Positions 33,824 through 46,538 of a stretch of 64,000 nucleotides of DNA are shown in pieces. The stretch comes from Lingula anatina (lineage: Eukaryota > Animalia > Brachiopoda). How positions within the stretch are numbered: the stretch's first letter is position 1; each line of letters starts with the position of its first letter. Where the stretch lies: contig CM120645.1 of assembly GCA_051362555.1 (NCBI GenBank), positions 8,928,001 to 8,992,000 of the forward strand. Direction: 5' to 3'. The position numbers and the translations under genes are program-made. A model generated the notes under the pieces. It saw only the letters and a program-made list of their open reading frames with translations, was not told the origin of the DNA and did not search any database.

Positions 33824-35727
33824 TCAACTATTACTAGCATCACCAGTATTTGGCCTGTTTCTACCGAGAATGCTTTCAATACTATGGGGCAATCTGGCAG
33901 CGGCTCTATCGTCTTTTTTGTTTACTTTTGCAAAATCGCGCACTGATATTGCTGACATTGTCAACATTTGAGAAGAAAATGGTTCATGGGTACCAACTAG
34001 AAATGGGTTTTGTAATTCTTCATTAATATGACTGGTCTTTTTGAGGCAGAGTTCTTGATTCACTGGCGTCTGTTTTATTGGGCGTCCGTGTCGAACCAGG
34101 TCCAGCGTTAAATCTACTGGAGTAGTGGCCATGTGCCTCTTTTTAGAATCAATCATTCCTTCAATATTCGATGTGACAATGGCGTCATTTTTCTCGTCAT
34201 TATCTCTACTTATTTTATTGACAGTACTTTCAGAATCTTCTTCCCCCTCATTGTAAATGTTATCATGCTTCTGGTGTTTCGTCAAAACAATCGTTTTCAG
34301 TCTTGCTGTGTCATTACAATGTTGAGCAGAAAGTTTTTTGAAAGTGTTACTTGCGGCCTGATAAACGTTTCTAATTTGTGGATATGGAACGGCGTCGCTC
34401 ATGTCATTATTCGCGTAAGTTTGTTGCATTTTTGTCGACACAAACGCTAGTTTGCATGGTGTTGACCTATGAAGAAGCGCAGATGACGTATTTCGAAGAG
34501 GCCTCCGTGGAATAACGTTGGAAACCCCGAAGAGCGCAGGCTGGTGTGAGGTACCTGTGCTCGCCGTTGTGATGTCAGACTTAAACTCTCGTGACATGTG
34601 CATTTGGTTTGATCCCAGGTTGCCTCCTTGTCTTGTGTTCGACGCAATGTTCTTATCTTTATTAATTACAAGCGACGCACGTTTTATTACAGGTGCGTCG
34701 TCTTTGTATGGCGTTAATGTTGTCGTTGAAGAGCAGTGCCTTTTGCCGAGCAGAGACCCAGTGTGAAGTGCATGAAGCTGAAAAAAAAAAACATGTAAAC
34801 CCTATAATTGTATCAATATTTTGAACACGCGCGCGCGTGTGAATATAAGGCTTAAAACTGACTGAAGCACTTTATTCTTATATGACACTATGTACACAGC
34901 TGATGAAATTCTTCACTGATTAGGTGAAATGTTTGGAACAGATAGATAAAGGTTAATTTAATTCATGAGATTTTATCTGTTAAATTAATGTAGCTCAGAG
35001 AGTTCAGTCAAGTTGATGTAAACAACGGAATTAGTAGGCTTAAAAACTATAAGCTCAATCTTTCGACCTACCTTTGGTCTGTTCCCTCCAGCGGAACCGG
35101 GCCGTGTCGATCCAGTCTCGAAGAATCTCGTCAGTATCTTGCTAACACAGCCATGTGACACCAGCAAGTAACGAGAAATATCGCAGGGCCGAACCCCCAG
35201 CATCGCGAGTTCCACAATCCTCATTCTCACCTGGTCCGGCAGGGGTCGCCCGTTGACGAAAACACCGCCCAGCTGGTTGACACCTGTTTGGCCTGTGAGA
35301 TGAAATTGAAATATTAATCTAAAAAAGTAATAATTTATTTATTTATTTATTTATTCGTTCACTTAATTGCACCAATCCAAAAGCCATTTAAAATGTTCAG
35401 CAGACTTTACATAAAATCAAGTACTTATAAGAACAAAATTACCAATATATTTAAAAATTAAATGAAATTAATAAAAGCAATGTACGTATTGCTTAAATAC
35501 GAAAAAAAAATCTTCACCGTAGCCTCTGAAGTATTTGTATATTTTTAATTCTACTGTGTACCAGGCTGAATGGAAATCTTAAAACTCAACTCAACGTGTG
35601 CTTACAGTCTGAGACCACTACATGTCTGATAATTTCATACATAGGAAGCAATTCTTAATAAAATGTCAAAAAATGGTTTAAGGATTCAGTAGAAAACGTA
35701 CAGACCTGTATTCGGAATGCTTGCCAT
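33824..35727 (-). CDS. Pox neuro-like paired-box protein with only the PAI subdomain, plus C-terminal octapeptide
   Basis: Exons 35727-35706, 35292-35072, 34777-33824 (1197 nt, 398 aa). [62 protein letters not shown] closely resembles Poxn ([15 protein letters not shown]); C-terminal HSIESILG octapeptide and PVDLT motif. Confidence 0.85.
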
Positions 35728-35838
35728 TGATTCCACTCTTGTTGTTAAGCACTACGTTAACGTCGCTATCAAAACCAGGTTAAACTTATCATCCAACACA
35801 GTTTCCCTGTAGTCTTGGAGTTTGAAAATTCGGTTGGG

Positions 35839-35846
35839 TTTATATA
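35839..35846 (-). promoter_or_regulatory. TATA box of the Pax gene
   Basis: cgccTATATAAAccc on the minus strand, about 112 bp upstream of the ATG at 35727. Confidence 0.55.
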
Positions 35847-38800
35847 GGCGTGACAGCTCAGGTATTAATTAGCTACAATGTGTACGTATATCCTGATTCT
35901 TGTGTGACGATGTCGCTTATAGAATACTGGTTGAAAGTTCAGTGTAATGCAGCTGCCGTACGCTTTCCCCATTGTAACTGAATACGTGTGGCGGCCATTA
36001 GGAACATGAAATGAGGGGAAAAGCAATTTTCCTTCAACTGCCGAGGAAATGGGCATATTTCCTATGCAATAGAAAGGATTATGAAAATTTAATGAAGTTG
36101 GCAAAGCGATTTTTCTATAACGCTTTTCTGCGATTACCGCAGCGGAGGCATTCGCTCTCGTTCCGGTAATTAGAAGCCTTGCAAATGAGAACTTGGGAGA
36201 AAATGCAGCTGTTCGCGCAGGGGACAAACGACGATGATCGCGCTGCTTTCCTGTTTTTCGCCCCGTAATTTTCTCAAGATTGCTTGCTGACACGCATTTT
36301 CGCGTTTAATGTCCAATGATGCCGTGTTGTAGGCAATTACTGGGCAGATGTAACGGATACTTAACTTTCTATCTTGCTCACTCTCAGAGGTTGTCTAATT
36401 TGGTTGGATGGAAGTAAAAGATTCTTGCTGAACTCTTTCTTGAAAGGAGAGAGAGAGAGAAAACTTTTTTCCTTCCAGAAAATAAAAATTCAGTTAAACA
36501 ATTTTTCGTAGTTTTTTCTAGTAGAAATCAACGATAATTTATTTAATTTCCAGATAAGATTGTTCTCATTTTATCGCAGAATACAGTAGATATACTAGAA
36601 AAAATCATTTAGAACAAGGGAACGAATTAATTAATTTATATTATCTTATTTGTTCGAGGGTAGGAGTAAGAAAGGCCAGTACGTAACCACATGCATTTGC
36701 ACATTGGCTGTCAAACTTCAAAATTAATCTTTAACTACATATTTGTACGTTTATATTTACCTCGTGTGCATGCATATTTAAACAAACCAATTCAACATCT
36801 TGGCCATCACATTATTTATAGCGGTTAAACTTGTTGATAAGTTTAAAATGAAAAGAATCTCAGGTATCTCAGATTTACAACAACTTTAAAAGTTTAATGA
36901 AATAAGAGGGAATATTTCTATTTCAAATCAAAGACCTGACGGGGAAGCTGACAATGACAAACCTATCCACGTCAGCCATTCGCCTGTTTCCGGATCTATT
37001 CGTGAGTCTCCGCCTCTGAATGTCTTTGATGCTGAGAAAATAAGTCTAGTTAATAAAACGCGTTATTGGTGTGCACTCAACCATGATCATAGCTGATCAG
37101 GAACGTCACGATTATGCTATATCCAAAGAGGTTTAAATTCTGGTGCCAATTAGACCGATCTCTTACATGAGCCACCACACGGGTCTCCGAAGTCAGTGCT
37201 ACACATTTACCAATAATGTTTTTGGTACTTAGGTTAAATGGTGGACTTAACCAACACCTTTTGTTTCCTTCCAAACAGCATTCAATTTGCTGATTTTCTT
37301 GTTCTGTCGTCTTAATATAGTACTGATACTGTGAGCATTAATGAAATGTTGGACTTGTGAAAATTAAGACGTTTTACTTATTCCACGGTTATAAAGGTAA
37401 GATGTAATTGAGTGTTTGCTTTGTGTGTAACTTAATAGCTTAAGCTTAAGCTTAATAACATTGGAGACAATGTTAAACGTTGTTACGCTTGCCTCCAATC
37501 CAACATGAAATGAAAGACATGCTTACTTTTTGTTTTATTTTGAATATGAATATCTGACCGGGAGTTATGATATATTAGATTTTTTTTATCTATTTATTTA
37601 TTTAATCTTGTTTATTTATTCATTTTTATTTATTCATTTATTTATTTCTTAATGCACATATTTCATCTGCGGCCCAAGTAGAGCTAGCCGGGTATAGGGT
37701 ATTCTTTCATCAGAAAATTTTATACCTGTAGATGATATTCGCGATCAATAAGAATGCGACAGCTGCACAGAAAACACTTCCACCTGCATGGCTCAAATAT
37801 TGTCTCAACTTACGGATGTCACAACACAACGGGTGAGTCTGTATACCATGCTGTGGTTTCAGAAAGGCACATGTATAACATGATATTTATATCGCTGTAA
37901 ATGTAAACAGGTAGATAGGATACCTGTCTTTTTTGTCATATGAAGGCATAAAACAAACTGCTGCACGATTATACGTCTAAATTTTATCCCCATTTCAACA
38001 TTTAAATTAATGATAAAGATACCGAGATAGAATACTACATGAGTTCTTTGTATTGAGTGACTGAGCTTGACATGGCAAATGGTAGACTTTTGATGACGGA
38101 GAATTTCGACCAACCTGACACTTTAACCTAAGACTCACCCCTCTGCCAAATTATGGTAATACTTTTGTAGAATGCAATAATTTATAATGATGATACATAA
38201 TATGCCATCGTTTTAAGCATACTGTGGATATGTCTCTAAAGCTCAATTGAGGACAAAGGATGTCTTCAGTATTTTCAGCTTGTCAGTGTCAAATGATGTT
38301 CTTCATTTCAATTTGTTTCTATAGTTCTGCACTTGCTTCTATGAAGGGAATCATATTTCGACTGGAGTGACGTTGTCCTAATTGCGTATCACAAACAGAA
38401 ACTGATTGGTTGTGGTGTTTTTAATGAATTACTCAAATGTTTGGAAAGACTATTTCATCAAGGTAATTTGTGTATTCTTTTGGGGAATTGTAACAAAAGA
38501 ATAAGAAAACATCTTCCACTTCATTTCAAGTCGTCACTTGCAATTGTTTCTGCAAACCGCCAGTATATGTAAATGTCTTATATTCATACGTGTACGGAGA
38601 TAAAATTTTGATCCCAAGTAAGCATCCAACAATTTCTTTTAAAATTAAAACCCAAATGTCAAAATGTGAAATGTCTACGGCGCCAGGGTTTAGCTCACAC
38701 ATCCCATTGCTTTTATCCTTTATTAACATTTTCCATAACACGCAATGTCGATCTTATATTCCCAAAACAGCGCAATGCTTGTGGATAAAACGTATTAGTT

Positions 38801-40417
38801 TTCATAAATGTCCTTTTCCTATGGACTTTAATCTTAGTGCTCATGCACCTTTCAAAAAGAAACATTTCGTCGTTTTGAATTCGCTCCTATTCAAGCTCCC
38901 AAGAAAGCATTTGAAAAGGAAGAAAACATTTCCATCAACAGCGCACTTAAGAAGACGTCTGTCTGTTGAAATGCCTATAGACCGTCGATCTTTTACATGT
39001 AGCTGGCGTTTACGTGTTAATATACAGATACAAATTTACCACACTTGTTACTTTGTGGTTGGCGAGGTGAATGGATTTCCCGAATGAAGTTTTTTTAAGC
39101 TCGTTGTAAACAAAAAGACCGAAATGGCCCTAAATGTAATTACAAGTACTAGTAAACATAAGAACATCAAAATACAGTAAGAAGTTATTTTTGACAATGA
39201 AACGGTATAAAACATTTTATTCAGTTTGTTTTTCATGGTTAAACCCACTTTTGTTCGGGTCATATTAACAATATTTACTTAAAGCAACATGCGGCATATA
39301 CTGGTAGATTAAATATATGTACAGATAAAGCATGCGAAAAAATGCCATTTTGCTTTGTAAAATGTCAATAACCGGTAAATGGTACCCTATGAACATGTCC
39401 TTTTTACCATATTATACTAAACTTAAGTAAAATAGTTACCTTTTAATAAACAAATGGAATTACTAAATGTGCTCATATAAGTGATCAAAGTGCATTCCGT
39501 CCTCAATGAAAATGGGGTTTTACGTATTGGGAAATGAAACAGAATTAAGTCATCATATTATCTGACTACAAAACAGCGTGCTAAAAGCATTGCAGTGATA
39601 CTAAGAAACTGCAGAAACCGAAAAAGACATCTTCGGGTCTTCCCACAAAATATATTTGAGTAAATGTTTGAATAGTATGACGCCTGTTGCCGGGATTTAC
39701 CGAAAAAAAAAATGATACTGATATGTTCACTTTTTTGGTCAAATGTATTTAGGAACAAATTTTAATGTACTAATACCACAATGGTATGGTCTAAGATCAG
39801 TATCAAGGCAAATGCTAATACAAGTGAGCATTTACGTCTAGATGGTCACGTTAAGAACGGCCGGCCCTAGAACCTAGAAACCGCATTCGCACATGTTTAT
39901 CTCACGAAATGGGTTACCAGTCACTTGGAAGTGGTTCGTAATTAATATTTTATGCCGCCACAAATCTGCATGTCACTCTCATTTCCTTTTATCATTTATA
40001 AATACTCTGTGTGGTAATCAGTGGTTGCAGTCACGCCGGCAGAATACAATGTGAAGGAAGGTCAATTGCATTAGTAAGGTTACTATCAAAAGTATTCATT
40101 GATTTTATTTTTAAGTCAGAATATAATACAAGAGACACATTGGGAGGTGGCATCCGTTTCTTCTGTCATTGTAGTAATCAATGGTAACATGAAATGCTTA
40201 AAAATAAAAGCATTACAACAAACAAAAATTGCATGGCGAATGAAAAAAAGCTTTGAAATACAGCTAACGAGGCTTTATAATACACGTAGCTTTTCATTGT
40301 ATCCAAAACGAAATACAATAGGCCTACATTGTCATGCCCAACTGAAAACTAACTGATCCAATTGGACGCCTTAACGTCTTCCATGCCTTAAAGGTGTTGT
40401 TCCTACTATATAGACCC

Positions 40418-41650
40418 CTACAGTGTGTAACTTACAGTGGTCACTACTGACCGGGTAGAGCTACTTAACTGCGGCTCATCTGAGGCCGGTTGTCCACTGT
40501 CCGTTCCAGTGCCTTGCTTAGCATCTTTTATTAAAGGCCCTGTCGAAGCACTGCTTCTACTCTCAAGACTGAGACTTGGGTTGAAAGGGGTTCGGATGTT
40601 TTTGGCGATATTTGGGTTCAGAGCGGTGCCCGTTGGCGTTCCGCAGAACAGCTCGCGCAGAATGGTTCTGAACCTCACACCCACCAAGGCGTAGACGAAG
40701 AAATTCACTGCAGCGTTCAGAGCCACCAGCAGAAACAGTATCGGTAGGAAATACAAGTAGCCTTCCATGACGGATTTTGGAAAATGCTCACCGAATGTCA
40801 TGATGATTTGTGACAAGAAAATGGGCGTGGTGCAAATCATGAAAATGACCACAACAATGATAAGGATGGCATTGATGCTATCTCGGCCAGCTTTTCGTTT
40901 GCCCCAAAAACTCAGATTCTCGCCGGAGCGTTTCAGGGTCAAAATTAGGTTCCCATTCAGGACGGATATTATGGTGATGGGTGCAATGTACATGAAGACG
41001 TTCGTCAAGACGATCCGGTAGCTGAGCTTGAAGGCTAGGTCATTGTTGAGGATTGTCTTGTAACACATGTCATCCGTTGTTGTTGTACAGTAAGTGATGC
41101 CGACGCACTGGACATCGAAGAATTTAGGCGCGTTGAAGGCCAGTGCAAACAGATATACCCCTATTACCTGTACCTTCGTGTTCTTGATTTCGAACTTGTA
41201 TTTGCTCATGGGTTTACATACGGCAATGAATCTGTGAATGCTCAGGAGAACCAGCAGCCATGTTGACGTTGTGATGAATATGTAATGCAACGGATACGTA
41301 TAGATGCTAAATGTCTGGAAAGCCCTGAAGTAGATGCCGGCATAACCAGTGTACGGGTATATGAAGGGGATGGAAAATTCGACCAAAGTGTTCAGTAATA
41401 TACAAAAATCGGACACAGCAAGAGCCTGGAGAATGAGGGATGTGGACGGTTTCTTCTTCTCGCGAAGGAACACGACGAAAGACAGAATGTTCCCGGATAA
41501 CCCGATGATGCAAACCAGTCCGGTGATGCAAACAGTTACAATGAAAATGTACTTGTTCAAATTGCCCGGTTCTCTTGTGGAGGCGTTGGTGGCGTTCCAA
41601 AATGCGTCGCACACACCTTGGTTGGTGCTTTCTTCCGTAGAATTCAACAT
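40418..41650 (-). CDS. Rhodopsin-class peptide GPCR, FMRFamide receptor-like
   Basis: Single uninterrupted ORF (410 aa from ATG at 41650); N-glycosylated N-terminus, 7 hydrophobic segments, GLSGN (TM1), LAVSD (TM2), SIHRFIAVCKP (TM3), FNAPKFF (TM4), FMICTTP (TM6), NAAVNFFVY..VGVRFR (TM7/H8). Probable 5' UTR acceptor near 41896. Confidence 0.9.
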   Translation of the reverse strand: MLNSTEESTNQGVCDAFWNATNASTREPGNLNKYIFIVTVCITGLVCIIGLSGNILSFVVFLREKKKPSTSLILQALAVSDFCILLNTLVEFSIPFIYPYTGYAGIYFRAFQTFSIYTYPLHYIFITTSTWLLVLLSIHRFIAVCKPMSKYKFEIKNTKVQVIGVYLFALAFNAPKFFDVQCVGITYCTTTTDDMCYKTILNNDLAFKLSYRIVLTNVFMYIAPITIISVLNGNLILTLKRSGENLSFWGKRKAGRDSINAILIIVVVIFMICTTPIFLSQIIMTFGEHFPKSVMEGYLYFLPILFLLVALNAAVNFFVYALVGVRFRTILRELFCGTPTGTALNPNIAKNIRTPFNPSLSLESRSSASTGPLIKDAKQGTGTDSGQPASDEPQLSSSTRSVVTTVSYTL

Positions 41651-42723
41651 TGTTATGCCTGCGGTGTTCCTTGTTCTTGTCAACCTGTTTTTTCTTCTGT
41701 AAGTCTCTTTTTAAATTTTAAAAACGTACAAGTTTTTACGCGGGTTTGCGCGTAATGTTTCACTAAATGTCTTTGGCTCAGTCACAGTAGATAGCTAAAG
41801 ACCGATCTTCTCACAGTAACTGTTTGCAGTATGCGGTGCTGGATCTTAAATAGGATCAGCCCGCTCGGCTCCTTGTCCTTAGTAGGTTATTAGATCTGAT
41901 GGAAAAATACAAAACATGTTTGAGTCATAATTACCTTGGACTGACATGTCATTAGGAACAATGTGGCAAATGTGAATGCCATTTCCTTGTATGGGATTGA
42001 TGTTAATGTCCTGTTTGTACGCGAACGTGTTTGGGATACAAGTATGCAGCTTTACACTGTCTCGAAGATCAAACTGTATACTTTCTTAAATTAATTAATG
42101 AATTCTGGGTAAATTACTGCCAGGATTTTGCAAGTTATAAGATTTGGTTTGGATGCCTGCCATTGTTACTGATACGGCTTTTCTATGTCGCTTTGAGGAA
42201 ATGAATAACATGTTTAATATCCGCGCTATTGCAATTTATTGTAACACATACATTTTGTTTGGGGTATCTCACCACTGTAAATGCCAAATCCACATAGAAA
42301 ATATAGAATTTTGACCAATGGCTCGAAATCCATTCAAATTTAGTACAGACATCCTGTACATACTGTTTAGTATACAGACAAGAGAGAACACTTAAAAATA
42401 CAAATATTAGGATCGCTTTTAAACAGTGAAAAAGATCGCCATCCCTAAAGCATTATCTTTTTTTTTCATATATTAAACTGGCAAACGTCCTCTATTGTGG
42501 CTTTGAATTAAGTGAGCTCTGTATGTAAACTAAAACTCGCGAGGAATTCTCATTCAGTTTATCTCCGTTGCACATAATGTGTTTTTGACTGTTGTTGTTC
42601 TTTTTTTTTTACTGAAAGTCCCGCGTCGAGCCTTTGACCTTTACATAGGAAAGCTATGTGTACACATTCGTCTTAATCACCAAAGTATATACAATATTCA
42701 AACCGTTGGCTGAATTACGATCT

Positions 42724-42766
<43 letters not shown>

Positions 42767-45700
42767 TAAAGATTTGATTCCCTCTCGTAATGGAGATAGA
42801 GGATACGGTATTGATCTAACTTGTGACGGTAGGAATTAAAAAAAGTTTGTATATTATAGCTATTTTTACCAACTGTTTTGGATACACACACACACACACA
42901 CACACAAATGCTTAAATCTCCAGGAAAATTCGTTTTTGCTATATTTGATATTGAGGTAAATCGTACATTGCACAAGAATTGATAGATGTTTTAAAACATT
43001 TTTCAAATGTATATGTTTTTTCTTTTGTTTTTCTTTTGGAGACTACAAATAGGTGCAGTTGAGCTACAATTTGTAGTCAGCATTTGAACCAATAAATACA
43101 GTTCCATTCCAGCTTTGTAACCTTGCTGTCGACCAAAATTACAGTACATTAAAGGCAAGGAACGGTTTTCATCTATTCCTACATGCATATAATTGAAATG
43201 GACCTCACCGATAAAGTCTTTAATTAAGACGGTCGGGCAATCAGTGCTTTGTCTAAGTATACGTCACATTAAAATCTTGGGGGGATCAAAACATCAAAAA
43301 AATGTTTCCCTTTTTCTAAAAATCTTGGTTTCTTGGCCGATTGAGACGAAATAAAATCATCTTTAGATGACATTAGGAAATGAGTTTTAGAAAGGAGAAC
43401 GTTGTTCCATGGCACTTGAAACAAACACACTGTCCCAGCGGGTATTAATTGCTCATAATTCCAACCCAGCAAATGCCATTTCCAGTGAATTGGTACTGTA
43501 ATGGCGCAATAATGGGCTCTTTATGGGAGTCAAACGAAAACCATTTGGATTACGTGAACTGCTTTGACACTTATGGAATTGAAATGTATTTCGTAAATGA
43601 AACTTTAGGCTATCAAAAAATAAGACATCGCAGATTTGTCCACATCAGTAATGTACTCAAGTGTATAGTGTTTATGTTTGGTACTTGGTTATAGATGCAT
43701 ATAGCCAATAACACCATGCGGCAAAACAGTTCTTTCTTGTTGAATTCAAGCAATAGAGAGACAGAGAATACCTACATAGACTTCTTTTAATATATGGTAT
43801 GCGAAACAAACAGGTATACTTGGTGCTATCGTTTCAAATAGTGTGTGTAATTTTCAAAATGTATTACCTTGAATGTTATGGAATATTTATTCTTTAAGTA
43901 ATCTTTCCAATTGGTCGGCCTTGCAACCTATCAGCCAGCTGATCCATCAGTCGCTTATCGATCTGCGACCTTTAATTATTAATTTTTACCTTTTGCCACC
44001 GCCTAGAGAATATCTTCGATTCAAATAGCAAATTAACTATGCATAAACGTCAAGACAACTTAAGATTCTTCATTCAATTGTTTACAGGAAATTGTTGAGC
44101 AAAACGGCCCTTGAGTGGCAATTAAGCTGATCGTTGTCAGAGGGTAAGACGGGCTCGGGCATCGAGTTGATCCCAGATGACGAGAGCGATGTATCGCGTG
44201 ACGGAGTCCCGGTGCGAATTCAACCTTTGAATTTGCAAAGGGTAATAGGGATGGAACGTTCTGTACAAAATAATTTAAAAACAGACAGAAAGGCAAATTA
44301 TTAAGCGAACCTTTATGTTGTGATTTGGTAACTGCCCCCGTATTGTTTAATGTCAAACTCCAATATTTATGCATTTATACCAGAACAAGATGTATTCAGA
44401 TCAATATATGATTTTTTTGTTGTCCCAAGCGACATGCCTTACCTTCCCTTTATAGATCCATGGATAATCCCGAATAGCGGAATTCTTATCAGTTCTTATC
44501 AATCCAAGAAATCGCTTCCCGAAAAACACTCAAGATGATTAGATCCTTAATTTATAAAACCATGGTTTTGAGTCTGAATTTGTTTACAACTGAAGAGGCG
44601 GTAATTTCTACTCACCCTGTGTTTATTCATGGTCGTCTTTCTAATTACATCTGTATGGATTCCTATCCTCTTTTGTTCTGAAGATTTTTGAACATTTTCT
44701 TTTTCAAGCTTGGGCTCATTCATCATCATGAATTCAGTTGCATTGAAATTTGTCTCTCAATACCTATTCATTTTGATGCAAATATTCGCTATGGGGGCCT
44801 TTTGTGGTGTCAGAATGCAAGAAAGAAATGTCAAATACGACAATTGTCAATTTTGATGAAATACAAATACCTATTCAAGCACAACTGAGGACAAGAAATG
44901 GTTTCAACGAAATAAGACGAAAAAAGAACTGTGTGTCCCTTTAAATAGTTCCAATAAAAACACCTTACTTATAATATATATATTATTAACATGCCATAAT
45001 AAATTACAAAAATCTTCATATATAGATATGTGTCAACTTCCCGTTTTAAATTCTGAATTTTAATTATATTAAAGAATCAAATATCCCAGCGGTTCTTACC
45101 GATAGAATTGAGAATTTGCTTTACGCGGTAGCACGTGTAGTCTCTGTCCAGGTGCAGAGAATTACGAATCAGTTGGACAGAGATAAAGCCTTTTTTCTTT
45201 TCTTTTCTCTTTTTTAGCTTAAGCAGAAGACTTGACATACTGTTCTTCTACAGGTACCATAGCCCAGAGCCAATTTTTTTCTATTTATCGAGTATTCCGC
45301 TGTTTTACCATCATCCCCCCTCCCCCCCCCCTCCCCCCACTCCAACTGACCAGATCCCTGTGTTTGAACTACCATTCTTACCTGTCATACAGCAGGAGAA
45401 CTCTTCAAAAACAAAAAGTTTACTAGCTGGTGCTCTGCTGGCCTCTGTAGCTGGAAATGATTGTACGGGGGCCCAGCGAGCCTTTTTAAATCTCGCTCAA
45501 AGCTCAGATAATCCACAGAATATTCTCCTTTCCGAAATATAATCCCCGCCTTATTTACATAAATCACGTCATAATCAGGTAACTGAACCTGTGGACATGC
45601 CCGCTTGTGAGACACTTTACTGTGTCGTTTTTTTCATGGAATGCTAGATATGCGCGCCGTGCGCTAACTGAAACTAAAACACCTATCTGCACTGCCCTTT

Positions 45701-46158
45701 ATCTGCATATTTTATTCCCGCGTGAGCATTAGTCACGTTTTGGAAACACGAGGAAAATAGAAAGACCAAATGTTTAGAGTACATGCGGTAAAGCTACTTA
45801 AAACTTGAGTGAGATAGCCTCATGTTTTATATTTAAACGACGATAAACAGAAGTATGTTCCTAATGGGAATGTTTTGTCTTGCACATGCATATGTTTATC
45901 TAATTTACTTTCTGCGCAAAATGTACAATTTGAGTTATTTTCAAAACATGGCTAAGTGTGTCAAATATGTGTTTATGGCGAAGTCAAGCAAGACATTCCA
46001 TTTAGGTACTATCAGCTTTTATTTCAACTCAGAAAGAATGATTCCTAAAGAGTATTGTTACTTTACTACTGTCCACGACGTCAACTGCGCTTTTCTACCC
46101 GGATGTTACGAAGTGGCTAACCACAATCCACACATAAAAAATGCCCAATTTCAATTAA

Positions 46159-46538
46159 AGGTACATACAAACCGAGCATTAGTGGAGCGTGGAATCCCAG
46201 TAACACATGTAAACCACTTCTACTAGTTTCTTATACGACTCAAATAAATTCGAAATGCCAAGGGATAAACTGAATAGATCACTCGATCAGCCATAAAAAA
46301 GCTTCAGACTGCTCCATTCTTAAATTTTTGGTCGGAAATTTAAACTACTTTCGTGACCTACTTTTCTGCCCCATTGACATACAGCATAGAATGCTAGCAG
46401 AAAAATCTGTTCAAACATCATTTTTGGGTAAAATTAAACAATATTGCCTTTTGGTAATTCTCTTAGTTATAATACTTGAAACTAAATGCTGGCATTTTGT
46501 TGGTTTTTGTGACAAAAAATTGACTTTGTATGCATCTT
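46159..46538 (+). mobile_element. TTAA-flanked MITE family B (Kolobok-like)
   Basis: ttaa|aggtacatacaaa ... tttgtatgcatct..ttaa; inverted copy at 9156-9526 and diverged copy at 19054-19395. Confidence 0.82.

Noticed and set aside
35072-35292. Paired-like domain as a Tc1/mariner transposase remnant
   Set aside because: Sequence is very close to Poxn, has a spliced gene structure and an octapeptide, and lacks a DDE domain or TIRs.
35865-39263. ORFs of 140-165 aa upstream of the Pax gene (35865-36293, 38590-39087)
   Set aside because: No domain similarity, non-ATG starts and no convincing exon structure; probably regulatory intergenic DNA.
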